In this document: piece after piece, positions 27,801 through 36,704 of the stretch
Layout of the letters: every line of letters starts with the position of its first letter
Position numbering within the stretch: position 1 is the stretch's first letter
Source: a virus
Lineage: Duplodnaviria; Caudoviricetes
IMG/VR virus record: IMGVR_UViG_3300029787_000061
Coordinates: 1 to 54,682 of that record
DNA: 54,682 bases
Strand: one strand, 5' to 3'
Translations under genes and position numbers: made by a program
The notes under the pieces: generated by a model
Told to the model about the DNA's origin: nothing
Seen by the model: the letters and a program-made list of their open reading frames with translations, nothing else
Database searches by the model: none

Positions 27801-30504
27801 CCAGTGTTGCGGTATTTGCAGAAGTGACCGCATTTACTCCAGTTGGATTAAAGGTTCCAATACCAACATCACCATCTGATGTGATGCGAAGTCTTTCTGT
27901 TTGTACAGCATCGAACGCAGAAGTGTAGAATGCTAGACCAACTTTTCTACTATACCCAAGATTATCCTCAGAAACTCCATATATTGCTGCAGATTTTTGA
28001 GGATCATCTATGAGTCCAAAGGTTGCGTTATTTGGATCATTTGCACCAGTAAATTGAATACCAAATCTAGCACCAGCATTAGTTGTTGATGCAGCATTTT
28101 CACCAAAAGGCATTCGAACAATAATAGAATTATTGACTGCATTTGCATTTCCAGAAGAATGTTCTCCTGTGTTAGTGACTGGTCGAACTAATATACTATT
28201 ACCAACAACATCTAATTGTCTTTGACCCTCTGCAGCACTACCAATACTAACAGAACCAATGCCAGAAGAAATGCGAAGTTTTTCAGAAAAAGATGATGCA
28301 GAATGAACACTAAAAATAAGTGGTTCATCATCATATGAATATAATATGCTTCCAAAACTATTCGATGCCTGAAGTGCCATCTTTTTCGTTCCAGCATTGT
28401 ACAATGAGATTGTAGATTCATTAGAAGCATCATTGACTTGGAGATTCGTTGTTGGATTATCAGTTCCGATACCGACATTACCACTTGTTCCTTTGATAGT
28501 TATTCTTCTTGTTGCTACAGATGCTCCAGCAGTATAGAAATGAATACCACCATTATCACTTCCTTCATTTGTACCTATTTCAATTCTTGAATGATTATTA
28601 TTACCACTTGTACTTTGAAGATGTAATGAATTCGATGCATTATCTTCTCCATATATTTTTCCACCTGAAAGAATTAAATCTCCTGTTGAGTTGATGCGAA
28701 GTTTTTCTGTACCACCAGGTCTAAATACGAAATCATCACTTATTCCTGATGTAGTGAGCAATACACCAGGATCTGAACCACCAAGTTGCACACTAAGTTC
28801 TCCAGAGTTACCAGAGGTTCTTTTAAGAACAAGTAAATTTGTCTGTGCAGCATCTGCTATTTCTAATTTTCCTGTAGTAGGATTATCAGTTCCGATACCA
28901 ACTTTACCATTAAATGTGGAAGTTGCATTAACGGTCAAAGTATCACCAGAAGCATCACCTAAAGTTGTATTTCCATTTACGGTTAAATTATCTTGTATGG
29001 TTAGACTACCAGTTGGAGTAATTGTTCCTTCTATATTTGCATAAATTGTATTAGCAGTTACAATACCAACGGCTAGTGTTGCAGTGTTATTTGTGAGTGC
29101 GTTTGCTCCAGTTGGATTATTAGTTCCGATACCAACGTCACCACCCGATGTGATGCGAAATCTTTCAGATACTGCACCATCAGTAGTTGAAGAACCATTT
29201 GCTTTAGTTACAAAAACAAGTTCACCACCAGTGACAGTGCTATTATATTGATTATGAACTATTAAAGCAGCAGTACCGAATGAACCATTATAATCTTTTG
29301 TGGCATTGTAAGTTGTTCCATCAACAGTCCAAGTACCACCACAAGATAGTATAGTTGAAATAGTAGCACCGTGAACAGTCTGATTTAAGTAACCATGCCA
29401 GTTTGTATCATCTGATATAAATTTAAAGTTTGGAGTTGCATCAGATGGAGATTTAGAGAATAAAGTTCCTCCTGATTCGATGCGAAGTCTTTCTTGTACT
29501 CCATTTGCATCATCAGGAGTTGTTGAAAATATCAAACGACCAGGCATATCATCATCGCCTGGTACTCCATCAACTTCTGCTCTTATTTCTGCTGCATTGG
29601 TAAATGTATCACCATCCCAAGCACTAAAAGATATTTGTCCTATATCATCATCATCTTGAGCAGCTGCAATGGAAGCAATCGTTCCTCTTGCGTGTTGAAG
29701 ATTCAATCGTGAAGGATGAGCATCTCCAAATCTTGTCATTACAAAAGCAGCTTCAGAATCTGATTCTATTTGAAGAGATCCACTATAACCAGAAGTTCCA
29801 GTTCTTGTTGTTCTGTTAGTTATGTTTCCAATTAAAACTCGACCATCTGCGTCTATGGTAAATCTTTGTTTAGAATTACCGCTAGTATTTTTGGTAAAGA
29901 GTTGCAAAACTCCACCACCAGAAGATTCTGCTGCTTTTATTTGACATATATCTGCAGCATTATTTCCTTTAAAATCAATGTGAGGATTATTATTTGTTCT
30001 ATTAAAAGAGATTCTTGTTGTACCATCCGTAACATCTAATTTTGCTGTTGGTGCAGTGGAATTTATACCAACTTTACCATCCTTATAAACTAAACCTGTG
30101 CTATCAACCTCAACACCATCATAACCATCAGTTGCACTACCAAAATGAATATAATGAGTTCCTGAACCTGATGTATCATCAGTTATGTCAATAGTATCTG
30201 CTTTACTAATTGAAACACCAGTATCAATCGTTCCTTTAAACACACCATGATATTCTTGTGCATCAACTCTTCCCCTATAACTTGCTGAAAAAGCTAATGT
30301 ACTACTATTATTAAAAATTGATATTGCTTTATTTGTATCTGTTTCCTGAGTAGAAGTTGCACTAACTGCGATTCCAGTGGGATCTCCTGTACTAAAAATT
30401 TCAAGATCATACCTTGGGGTGGTTTGACCGATACCTATTTTATCTGCATTTACTATGACTCTACTATCATCTATGATAGTTGAGCCTGATATTTTAATTG
30501 CCAT
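21895..30504 (-). CDS. Giant modular long tail-fibre protein (2869 aa)
   Basis: More than 10 modules joined by E(R/K)LRITSxGxVGIGT, with an internal ILEI/GG-like domain. ATAAATA late promoter at 30540-30546. Confidence 0.85.
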   Translation of the reverse strand: MAIKISGSTIIDDSRVIVNADKIGIGQTTPRYDLEIFSTGDPTGIAVSATSTQETDTNKAISIFNNSSTLAFSASYRGRVDAQEYHGVFKGTIDTGVSISKADTIDITDDTSGSGTHYIHFGSATDGYDGVEVDSTGLVYKDGKVGINSTAPTAKLDVTDGTTRISFNRTNNNPHIDFKGNNAADICQIKAAESSGGGVLQLFTKNTSGNSKQRFTIDADGRVLIGNITNRTTRTGTSGYSGSLQIESDSEAAFVMTRFGDAHPSRLNLQHARGTIASIAAAQDDDDIGQISFSAWDGDTFTNAAEIRAEVDGVPGDDDMPGRLIFSTTPDDANGVQERLRIESGGTLFSKSPSDATPNFKFISDDTNWHGYLNQTVHGATISTILSCGGTWTVDGTTYNATKDYNGSFGTAALIVHNQYNSTVTGGELVFVTKANGSSTTDGAVSERFRITSGGDVGIGTNNPTGANALTNNTATLAVGIVTANTIYANIEGTITPTGSLTIQDNLTVNGNTTLGDASGDTLTVNATSTFNGKVGIGTDNPTTGKLEIADAAQTNLLVLKRTSGNSGELSVQLGGSDPGVLLTTSGISDDFVFRPGGTEKLRINSTGDLILSGGKIYGEDNASNSLHLQSTSGNNNHSRIEIGTNEGSDNGGIHFYTAGASVATRRITIKGTSGNVGIGTDNPTTNLQVNDASNESTISLYNAGTKKMALQASNSFGSILYSYDDEPLIFSVHSASSFSEKLRISSGIGSVSIGSAAEGQRQLDVVGNSILVRPVTNTGEHSSGNANAVNNSIIVRMPFGENAASTTNAGARFGIQFTGANDPNNATFGLIDDPQKSAAIYGVSEDNLGYSRKVGLAFYTSAFDAVQTERLRITSDGDVGIGTFNPTGVNAVTSANTATLAVGILTARQIFGPVTGSLNTDGNVDIGGNLDVDGTTDLDILNVSETATFTTNINANGNIVGDNSTAITGISRISGSGAATMAVQNVQYVGRSNDPYAGSFLHLNDQNVPPFGSGGNFTTLASISGLNLIYDSNNNDNNGFVVGVGSTNVSDVNTFTAHMVIDHTGAVGFGTNTPGHSLHLQKDNPTLALESNTTTGNTNIVFGDSASSTQGRIQYHNNGDYMRFYTNGDNERLRITSDGKVGIGTVIPQGALDVWGDGSEYPTLRLGTEAYNTEGEDIRFGRLDHPQSDIRYHSIYSYHHATDSSNYLKFSVHKGSVGGNNTLQTDVMYLIGDGDVGIGTDNPTGANALTNNTTTLAVGTLKAATIDGQITGTITNAVTTANLTLTDHTTDTECFLVFAQAATNAQLPHTNTNLKFNSNTGDLILGGKAVIAHANTLHSGNLQVSTSGSDAIDINAYSSTADNGGRLTFYRSKNASIGSNTIVVDDDSLGRIDFRGYNNNGNSYNQGATIEARVDGSVNSSTDMPTAILFKTSEDGSSSPSERLRITSAGKVGIGTNPAYAKLEIAVGNETNSDTEYYGQDFAIAVRANRGENAGDEGNGIVFAQRYFSGDPAIVRTGAILGYKQSGTGNFGGGLIFKTQEHGASPMSEKLRITSDGKVGIGTVNPQTILHLHDSTNTRIQFTDNGTNAASGDGVIAGLNGDDDFFINNRESGKGIKLFTGSDDLRLHINSVGITSVQGQDDQDNFIVDVSGTEFAVHTDATDGEVSLRAQDKVGSTNAKYMTFFTQASGQSAAEKLRITSTGDLLRGGTGQDIGASDARWDVGYFNTINATNITGTLGSPGSDTQVLFNDGGTNVGADAGLTYIKGSDKLVVAGQVNTPTLFLDETANSVEKITGADGHLDLYADSSIRLYESDGNRLGITFDVNRTATDRDVRMHFIGENTTYLHSPAVNTLAFTVSGTETLRLQSSSLNLKTDVRYGAHDSTLLTSQIYVRGTGLNNSANRQCTINGVDQISGGNNTNRGLHLLIFDADNSLTLDSGTTYDTHAGGATVVANLATAIGNMDRTKIGVLCSYDAFTDDIDNTLRTAVQKVGLFKLAGMFSGTATRHAYAAIFRGTSDDADAEVNDAIEVIQSDDADAPTATISTFITVKGDGENASITGAYSVSALVAPAGAFETPLLQGKSSTNAASTLTIGSGVHLLPSGSAANDSDSNGVDLGGSSNYLRQIYVRKLNADNITATLTGASSQLAMTDQSSDATCFPVFVQASGTGNLTPHSNTSLTFNASTAELGASILKSTITTGTAPLTVTSTTTVTNLSADLLDGRDTSASGGNDKVMITNSSGNTSLGSGTFTTGVLKATGDANPVAEFDRGSANNTNLNLKYNGTHYGQISVADKEFQVSAVGSATTFKVFTNGSPRFEIDVNGNIGVNATPKTSGTLYNTVDHFLVIGDNDTGIAQDGDGQFEIWANNQEIANFNASDITLKKTTTIQGNLTVDGTLTYEDVTNVSTTGIITASAFIATGGTVDSGTENDPTNVAMMIEKDDYIYTNDSTNSKRKLIGKTGSEVIEIGQTGTALIDQISMRPGNAGDFRVLVGGATGHPTSHTAVRVSAGGTLSVRDTDPKDVHFEVKSDKGMLIRTDTNTGADSGLSGSLKGAKLLFSDQTSVSQIGHIVYKHSDGSISPGTNDGFIIGGSETLTVVKVEGRVLVDEKVGIGTNDPGNDILRIHHTGTSTPVTALTIGGKSITTGGGSGIFLKASSDTGNDNRYGTRIHTIRESTNNGASSLVISNEKSDASGLEERLRITSTGAVAFNGSTNYGSSGQILKSNGDAPPTWINADTASGVAVSIKQFKVGTTERTCPPPISVASGNVIGIGSTSNAYGNRYIGTSTPTGGNYCDGDIWYDTTGTESPSVATGDIIEATKFFQNPTSLTVTTTFPASGAKNGGAFGPYEIANGVTFTINSGSTFTIL

Positions 30505-33500
30505 CTACCGTCTTCGTGTTTCCACTGGGTAATTTCTTTTATTTATCAATGAGACCTCTCAATTCGTCAATTTGTTTCTGTTGGTCTTTTACGACCTCAA
30601 TCAATACTCCAATCAATCCATTATAATTGACTGATTTAGTGTCTTCACCACTCACAATCTCTGGTAGTACTTCCAGAACATTATCTGCAATTACACCAAG
30701 TGATGGTTCATTTGTTTTTTTCCAATCAAATGACACACCATCAATTTTTTTAATCTTTTCAATTGGATTCTCAATGACTTGAATATTTGTTTTATGTCTA
30801 CGATCTGATAATGAATCAAAGTTGGTTGCTGCAACAGTTCCGTTTACCTCTAATTCATATGAAGGTGTTGAATCTTTGATTCCAACTTTTCCATCCTGAA
30901 GAACTGTGATTGCCTCAAACTGAGTTCCCTGTTGATTATCTGCAAAAAGTGAAAAACTATTATCATTTCCACTTCGTGATCCCATATATTTCAATGAGAA
31001 TCCAAATTGAGAATTATTAGATTCCCCATCATGATTATCAGTTTCACCATCAACTCTTAATAAAGTAACATCATTACTACCACCACCAGGACCAATACGT
31101 ATTGCTGTTCCACCATCTTCACTTACAAGTCGAATTGTTGATGATGATTCACCCAAATCTAAATTATATGCTGGTATTGTGGTTCCGATTCCAACTTTTC
31201 CATCATGATGTACCACCATTTTCTCTGTTAATGTAGCACCATCACCAGCACTTGTTATGAAAAATAATGATGTTGGCATGTCATATTCAGCAGAAGCAGT
31301 TACTGTGTCAGTTACTCTAGCATCAATTCTTGCTCCAACGTTTGCCAAATCTGGTGTATTTGTTGAGGAATCAGCTCCCTGAAAATTGATTCGTCCAAGA
31401 GTGTCACCCTTTTTAACTGTAGAATTTGCAGGAATACCACCATTCCCTACAATTGAACCTCTTGACTTACCAAAATTTAATTCAGGTGGTGCATCATCAT
31501 TAGAAAATCTGATAACATCAACTCCTGTAGAATCACCTGCACCAACAACTTGAATTAGTTTAGTAGAATAACCTACGACACCAATCATCTTAACTTCTGT
31601 ATTCACTCCAACAAGAACTCTATCTTGGAAATTAACATTATCATTAAATGTCGAAACCCCTGATACTCTTATACCTGTAGAATTGATTACATCAATACCA
31701 CCACCAGTTACATTGATACCACTTTGAGCTGTGATAACTCCAACCGCATCGATATTTGTTACATCTTCGTATGTTAAAACACCAGTTACTTCAAGGTTAC
31801 CAGTGACTTTTGCACCACCAGAATTGATACGGAATTTTTCAGTTGTATTTCCAAATATTAAATCATCTCCACTAATTGATATATTTGCTTCTTCCGTACC
31901 ATCTTGAAAGAAGTTGATTAGATTTCCATCATTACCAGTTCGATTTATTTCAAGAGGTGTTCCACTTGCTCTTGTTATATTAACAGAATCATCCTTTCTT
32001 GCTGTAAATCCTGCATTTGCTCTATTGAAAGCAGCACCAGTTGTTGTTACATCACCATCTGATGTGATGCGAAGTCTTTCTGCTGTTGCTGTTACATCAT
32101 AAACACGGAAGGCATCTGTTGCTCCATCGACTTGTAAATCATACTCACGAGCATCATTTTTCAATCTTAAGGTTGGGTATGAGTTGGTTGCAGTGGATTC
32201 AATTTTTGCCTTTACAGTTGAAGCGGTACTTTCTAAATGTAATAATTCATCTGGATCATCAGTTCCAATACCAACTTTACCATCTGAATCAATAACTAAT
32301 TTTTCAACTGCATTTACAGAAAATTTTAACTCATTTTCAGAATGATCATAAACTATTCCTCCTCTCTTTCTATTGTCTCCTGAATTTCCATCTGCAAAAT
32401 ATATTTGTCCTAAAGTTCCATCACTATAGATGGTCATTCCACGACTACCACCACCATCACCAACAACAAATTTATTTGTAAGAAAATCGTTAGGAAGTGA
32501 TCCACCTATTCCAACATCACCAAAGGTTGAAACACCAACAAATGTACTAACACCTGTTACCTTTAAATTTTCAAAAGTTAAATCCCCTTGATCATCGTTT
32601 ATATTTCCAAAAATTTGTTTTGCTGTTAAAATACCAACTGCTAATGTTGCACTATTACTCACAACAGCGCTGCTGCCAGTAGGATTATTAGTTCCAATAC
32701 CAACGTCACCAGATGATGTTAATCTAAATCTTTCTGTTGGAACAATATCTTGTGTATTTCCAACAGAAGCTTGTGGATTAGTAAATATTTTATATGTTCC
32801 TCCAGCATATTCATGCATTTGAGATCCACTATACTTACCCTGTGTGTATCCATATGCTGATGCAGAGTATCTGTAAACTTTGAGATTATGAGTAAGTGCA
32901 TGATGCCTAGCTAATGAATTTTCAAATTCAAAAACTTGCAACGCTCTATCGTCTGTAGCATTATTTTGATCTATTCTAATTGCTTCTGATACACCAAAAG
33001 TAGGAAGTGGATTTGGTTTAATTGTTAATTTTCCACCAGTTCCTATCGCAACTGTACCATTAGAGTCGATACGAAATTTTTCTCCACCATCAGCTGTTGC
33101 AGAAAATAAAGTTGAGGTACTGCTTGCAGTTGATACAGTCAAACCATGATGAGTCGAACCCGTTCCTGTATTAGTAAACGATCCCACAAAATTTCCAGTC
33201 GCAATTCCAACACCTGATCCATTACCTTTTACAGTAAAAGTGTTATCTGGATCTTCAGTTCCGATACCTATATTACCAGTTTTTCCCTTGATGACCATAC
33301 GTTTGGCTTTTTCCGTATCGACATTACCATCACCAGTCGTGTAGAAATGAATTCCTCCTCCATCATTACCTGAAATTATACCTATATCAATTTGAGATCT
33401 ATTAGAATTACCATCTGTGCTTTGAATTGCAAAATAATTTACAGAAGTATTATTTCCAGATAATGTACTTCCTCTAAGGTTTACTCCATTTGAGTTAATA

Positions 33501-34642
33501 AGAAGTCTCTCGGTATTATTAGCTTCAAACACAATCTCCTGACCAGATCCACCATTTGAATTGGTGGTAGGAAACTGCATCCGAGTGCCTTCATCACCTA
33601 TGTGAAAAATTGATTTACCAATTCCTATACCCGAATTAAAATCAACATCATTATAAAAAGTTGATATTCCTGTTACAGTTATACCTACACCAAGAACACT
33701 AATTCCATTTTGTGCAGTTATAACACCAACTGCATCAATATTTGTTACATTATCGTATGTTAGATTACCATTAACTGTTAAGTTACCAGTGATAGTTACA
33801 AGTCCATCTGATGCGATGCGAACTTTTTCTGCAGGAGATCCATTTGCTGCAGTTGCAACATTAAATGTTAATGCAGCATCATCTGTTGCTACACTAACAG
33901 GCCACTTATCACTTCCATTACCTCTTGTATGATATAACTCTAGAGTTGCAGGTTGGTTTGCAGCACCTGATTCAACTCTTATATAAGGTGTTGTTGATTT
34001 TACATGTAAATTTCTTTCAGGATTTGTAGTTCCGATACCAACATCACCTGTTGATAAAATCGTAATTTTATCCGTTGCCTTTGTAGTTCCAAATCCACCA
34101 AGTCCAATATGAAAATCTCCTACTCTGTCAAATGTTGTATAACCGTGATGCCAATTAGTTAATCCTATATTACGAGTAATATATTGAACTCCTGATCCTT
34201 GATATGTTCCTGAAGGATTTTCACCCTGCAAACCAATGGTCGCATCATCATAGTTATAATTAACATTATCAACAAAATCTTTTGCACCAAACAGTGCAAC
34301 TATACCCCTACTATTTGCACCTGTGACATGTAAAGGTGCTTCAATATTATTAGTAGTTCCGATACCTACAAAACCATCTGATGTGATGCGAAGTCTTTCT
34401 TCTGCTGCGGTGTGGAACCGCATTGAATCATCATCATGTGCATATTTAATATTTCCTCTATAAGTGGCATCGCCCGTTATCCCATCGGCAAAGAGTATAT
34501 TACTATCACTACTAGTTCCTGCAGCAATAGTTAATCCAGTATTCCCAGTGCTATGCAATGCTAATTTTACTGCACCACCATAATTTGATGGATCATCAGT
34601 TCCGATACCAACTAGTCCTGCTGATGTGATGCGAAGTCTTTC
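22391..34642 (-). repeat. Dispersed in-frame 20-bp repeat GAAAGACTTCGCATCACATC (~14 copies)
   Basis: Exact at 22391, 26159, 27092, 27878, 32061, 34380, 34623. One mismatch at 25400, 25838, 29147. Partial at 28271, 28692, 29479, 33810. Confidence 0.95.
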
Positions 34643-36703
34643 TTTGAATGCTGAACTTGTTGAAGCAGCAAATACTAAATCCTTACTTTCAAAAGATGCT
34701 ATATTTGTTTGTGTTCCTTCTGCATTTATTGATGCAACTTTTGTACCACTATCTCTAAATTGAATTGCTGGATTGGTAGCATGGTCAAGAGTTAAAAGAC
34801 TACCTGGATTAGTGGTTCCAATACCAACTGATTCTAAAAAATTACCACCACCAGAAGACTTTAAAAAACCTATCTGAATTGCAGAGTTTCCTTCTCGTTT
34901 TGCTGTTCCATCAGAAACAAAGTTCCATGTTCCACCCGTTCCATAATTTCCAGCATCACTATGCCAAATATGATCTATGTTACCTGAGTTTCCAACCTCA
35001 GCGTTAGAGATCAACATATTATTATTAAAATTAATATCTCCTTTGACATCTAATTTATGTGTTGGATTAGTGGTTCCAATACCAACACTGCCTCCAGTAA
35101 CATGAATGCCACTTCTTGCAGTTATTAATCCTACAGAATCAATATTAGTTACATCTTCGTATGTTAATGTACCACCAATTGATACATTTTTTTGAAATGA
35201 TACATTTTGTTCAAAAGTGGCTATTCCAGTAACAAGTAAATTTTTTGTTGATGTAATTCCAGAAACATTTAATATATCAAGATCTATTGTCTCCTGAATG
35301 GAAGTGACCTTTCCAAATATTTGATTTGCAGTGAGTATACCAACGGCAAGAACCTTTGTATTGTTTTCAAGAGCAGATTCAATATTCGATGCTGTTGGAT
35401 TTGTAGTTCCGATACCAACATCACCAGATGCAAAAATGTCAGTTGTTTCTAATTGTCCAAAAACTGTAACTCCATAACCAGTGGTTCTTAATTTTTCATT
35501 TCCATCATTAAATAATCTTACTTCAGGAACACCACCTGGAGCATATGCTGTGATTGCTGCTTTACTTGCATCTGCACTTTTGAGATCAAAAGTATTAGTT
35601 AATAAAACATAATTAGCACCACCATTAAATTCATGTCTAAAATCTCTGGTATCTGGTTTATAAAACAAATTGACAGTAGTGTTCCCAATACCGAATGTTA
35701 ATTTTGCATTATCATCAAATATTAAGTCATCAATTGATTTATCAAATTTAATATTATGGTTATTACCAGCAAATATTACATCATCATTGAATGTTGAGAC
35801 ACCAGCAACATTTAAATTATCTAATTCAGTATGTCCGTCTACATCTAGACTATCATCTATCTTAACATCACCAGAGAAAGTTGTAACACCAGTAAATCGT
35901 GAGTCACCAAGAACATCTAATAATCTATCGGGTTGAGTTGAACCTATACCAATTCGACTATTAGTTGAATCAAAAACAAAATTGCTTGCACCACCAACTA
36001 AACCTGTATCATCATGAAACTGAATTTGTGTTATCGTTCCACCTGCACCAGATGTTACAGATCCTGAATCAGTCCACTTAACTCCACCTGTTGCAGTTTT
36101 TACTAAAAGATCACCAGTAGTACCTGGTTGATTATCCTCTCCATATATTGTTTTATCTAATTTTACATTTCCTACGACATGCAAATTCTGTGTAGGTAAT
36201 GAAGTTCCGATACCAACTGAACCTATACCTATTGTATTATCAAATACAAAATTTGGAGAAGCTCCAAATTGATCATCAATATTATTAAATAAAATTTGAA
36301 AATTGTCACCTGGTGGTGCAACTGTAACTGTAACTGCAATACCTGCGCCCCCATCAGGATTTATAGAACCTACAACAGTGACAGCAGTTCCAACAAAATT
36401 TATATCCGTGATACTACTGACACCTAAATTTGGATTTGCATCTGTTCTCGGAACAACTAATCCTCCATCTCTGACAGTTATAGATCCTGGTTGTATTCCT
36501 CCTCCAATTGGAACCCAAAACCTTTCACCTGGATTACTAATTAATGAAACAATTTGATATTGCTGACCACCAGGAATTGCATCTAGTTCTGGAGGATCAC
36601 CTAAATTAGGTTCTGCCTGATCTAATCCAAGGTATTGATACCTATCAGTTGTTAATGAACCTTGTGGAGTTCTTTTGACCCTTCCACTTAAATACTTTGG
36701 CAT
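30539..36703 (-). CDS. Giant modular tail-fibre protein with C-terminal Peptidase_S74 chaperone (2054 aa)
   Basis: ERLRITS/VGIGT modules and TYEDVTNID repeats. C-terminal SDRRHKTNI..GVSFDWK..GVIA..VNYNGLIGVLIEVVKDQQKQIDEL. Confidence 0.85.
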   Translation of the reverse strand: MPKYLSGRVKRTPQGSLTTDRYQYLGLDQAEPNLGDPPELDAIPGGQQYQIVSLISNPGERFWVPIGGGIQPGSITVRDGGLVVPRTDANPNLGVSSITDINFVGTAVTVVGSINPDGGAGIAVTVTVAPPGDNFQILFNNIDDQFGASPNFVFDNTIGIGSVGIGTSLPTQNLHVVGNVKLDKTIYGEDNQPGTTGDLLVKTATGGVKWTDSGSVTSGAGGTITQIQFHDDTGLVGGASNFVFDSTNSRIGIGSTQPDRLLDVLGDSRFTGVTTFSGDVKIDDSLDVDGHTELDNLNVAGVSTFNDDVIFAGNNHNIKFDKSIDDLIFDDNAKLTFGIGNTTVNLFYKPDTRDFRHEFNGGANYVLLTNTFDLKSADASKAAITAYAPGGVPEVRLFNDGNEKLRTTGYGVTVFGQLETTDIFASGDVGIGTTNPTASNIESALENNTKVLAVGILTANQIFGKVTSIQETIDLDILNVSGITSTKNLLVTGIATFEQNVSFQKNVSIGGTLTYEDVTNIDSVGLITARSGIHVTGGSVGIGTTNPTHKLDVKGDINFNNNMLISNAEVGNSGNIDHIWHSDAGNYGTGGTWNFVSDGTAKREGNSAIQIGFLKSSGGGNFLESVGIGTTNPGSLLTLDHATNPAIQFRDSGTKVASINAEGTQTNIASFESKDLVFAASTSSAFKERLRITSAGLVGIGTDDPSNYGGAVKLALHSTGNTGLTIAAGTSSDSNILFADGITGDATYRGNIKYAHDDDSMRFHTAAEERLRITSDGFVGIGTTNNIEAPLHVTGANSRGIVALFGAKDFVDNVNYNYDDATIGLQGENPSGTYQGSGVQYITRNIGLTNWHHGYTTFDRVGDFHIGLGGFGTTKATDKITILSTGDVGIGTTNPERNLHVKSTTPYIRVESGAANQPATLELYHTRGNGSDKWPVSVATDDAALTFNVATAANGSPAEKVRIASDGLVTITGNLTVNGNLTYDNVTNIDAVGVITAQNGISVLGVGITVTGISTFYNDVDFNSGIGIGKSIFHIGDEGTRMQFPTTNSNGGSGQEIVFEANNTERLLINSNGVNLRGSTLSGNNTSVNYFAIQSTDGNSNRSQIDIGIISGNDGGGIHFYTTGDGNVDTEKAKRMVIKGKTGNIGIGTEDPDNTFTVKGNGSGVGIATGNFVGSFTNTGTGSTHHGLTVSTASSTSTLFSATADGGEKFRIDSNGTVAIGTGGKLTIKPNPLPTFGVSEAIRIDQNNATDDRALQVFEFENSLARHHALTHNLKVYRYSASAYGYTQGKYSGSQMHEYAGGTYKIFTNPQASVGNTQDIVPTERFRLTSSGDVGIGTNNPTGSSAVVSNSATLAVGILTAKQIFGNINDDQGDLTFENLKVTGVSTFVGVSTFGDVGIGGSLPNDFLTNKFVVGDGGGSRGMTIYSDGTLGQIYFADGNSGDNRKRGGIVYDHSENELKFSVNAVEKLVIDSDGKVGIGTDDPDELLHLESTASTVKAKIESTATNSYPTLRLKNDAREYDLQVDGATDAFRVYDVTATAERLRITSDGDVTTTGAAFNRANAGFTARKDDSVNITRASGTPLEINRTGNDGNLINFFQDGTEEANISISGDDLIFGNTTEKFRINSGGAKVTGNLEVTGVLTYEDVTNIDAVGVITAQSGINVTGGGIDVINSTGIRVSGVSTFNDNVNFQDRVLVGVNTEVKMIGVVGYSTKLIQVVGAGDSTGVDVIRFSNDDAPPELNFGKSRGSIVGNGGIPANSTVKKGDTLGRINFQGADSSTNTPDLANVGARIDARVTDTVTASAEYDMPTSLFFITSAGDGATLTEKMVVHHDGKVGIGTTIPAYNLDLGESSSTIRLVSEDGGTAIRIGPGGGSNDVTLLRVDGETDNHDGESNNSQFGFSLKYMGSRSGNDNSFSLFADNQQGTQFEAITVLQDGKVGIKDSTPSYELEVNGTVAATNFDSLSDRRHKTNIQVIENPIEKIKKIDGVSFDWKKTNEPSLGVIADNVLEVLPEIVSGEDTKSVNYNGLIGVLIEVVKDQQKQIDELRGLIDK

Positions 36704-36704
36704 A

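Noticed and set aside
22391-34642. CRISPR array interpretation of the 20-bp repeat
   Set aside because: Spacing is hundreds to thousands of bp and irregular, copies are in frame inside long CDSs, and there is no leader or cas gene.
21895-36703. Diversity-generating retroelement or invertible shufflon
   Set aside because: No reverse transcriptase or recombinase in the window, no adenine-specific TR/VR pair noticed, and all repeat copies are direct rather than inverted.
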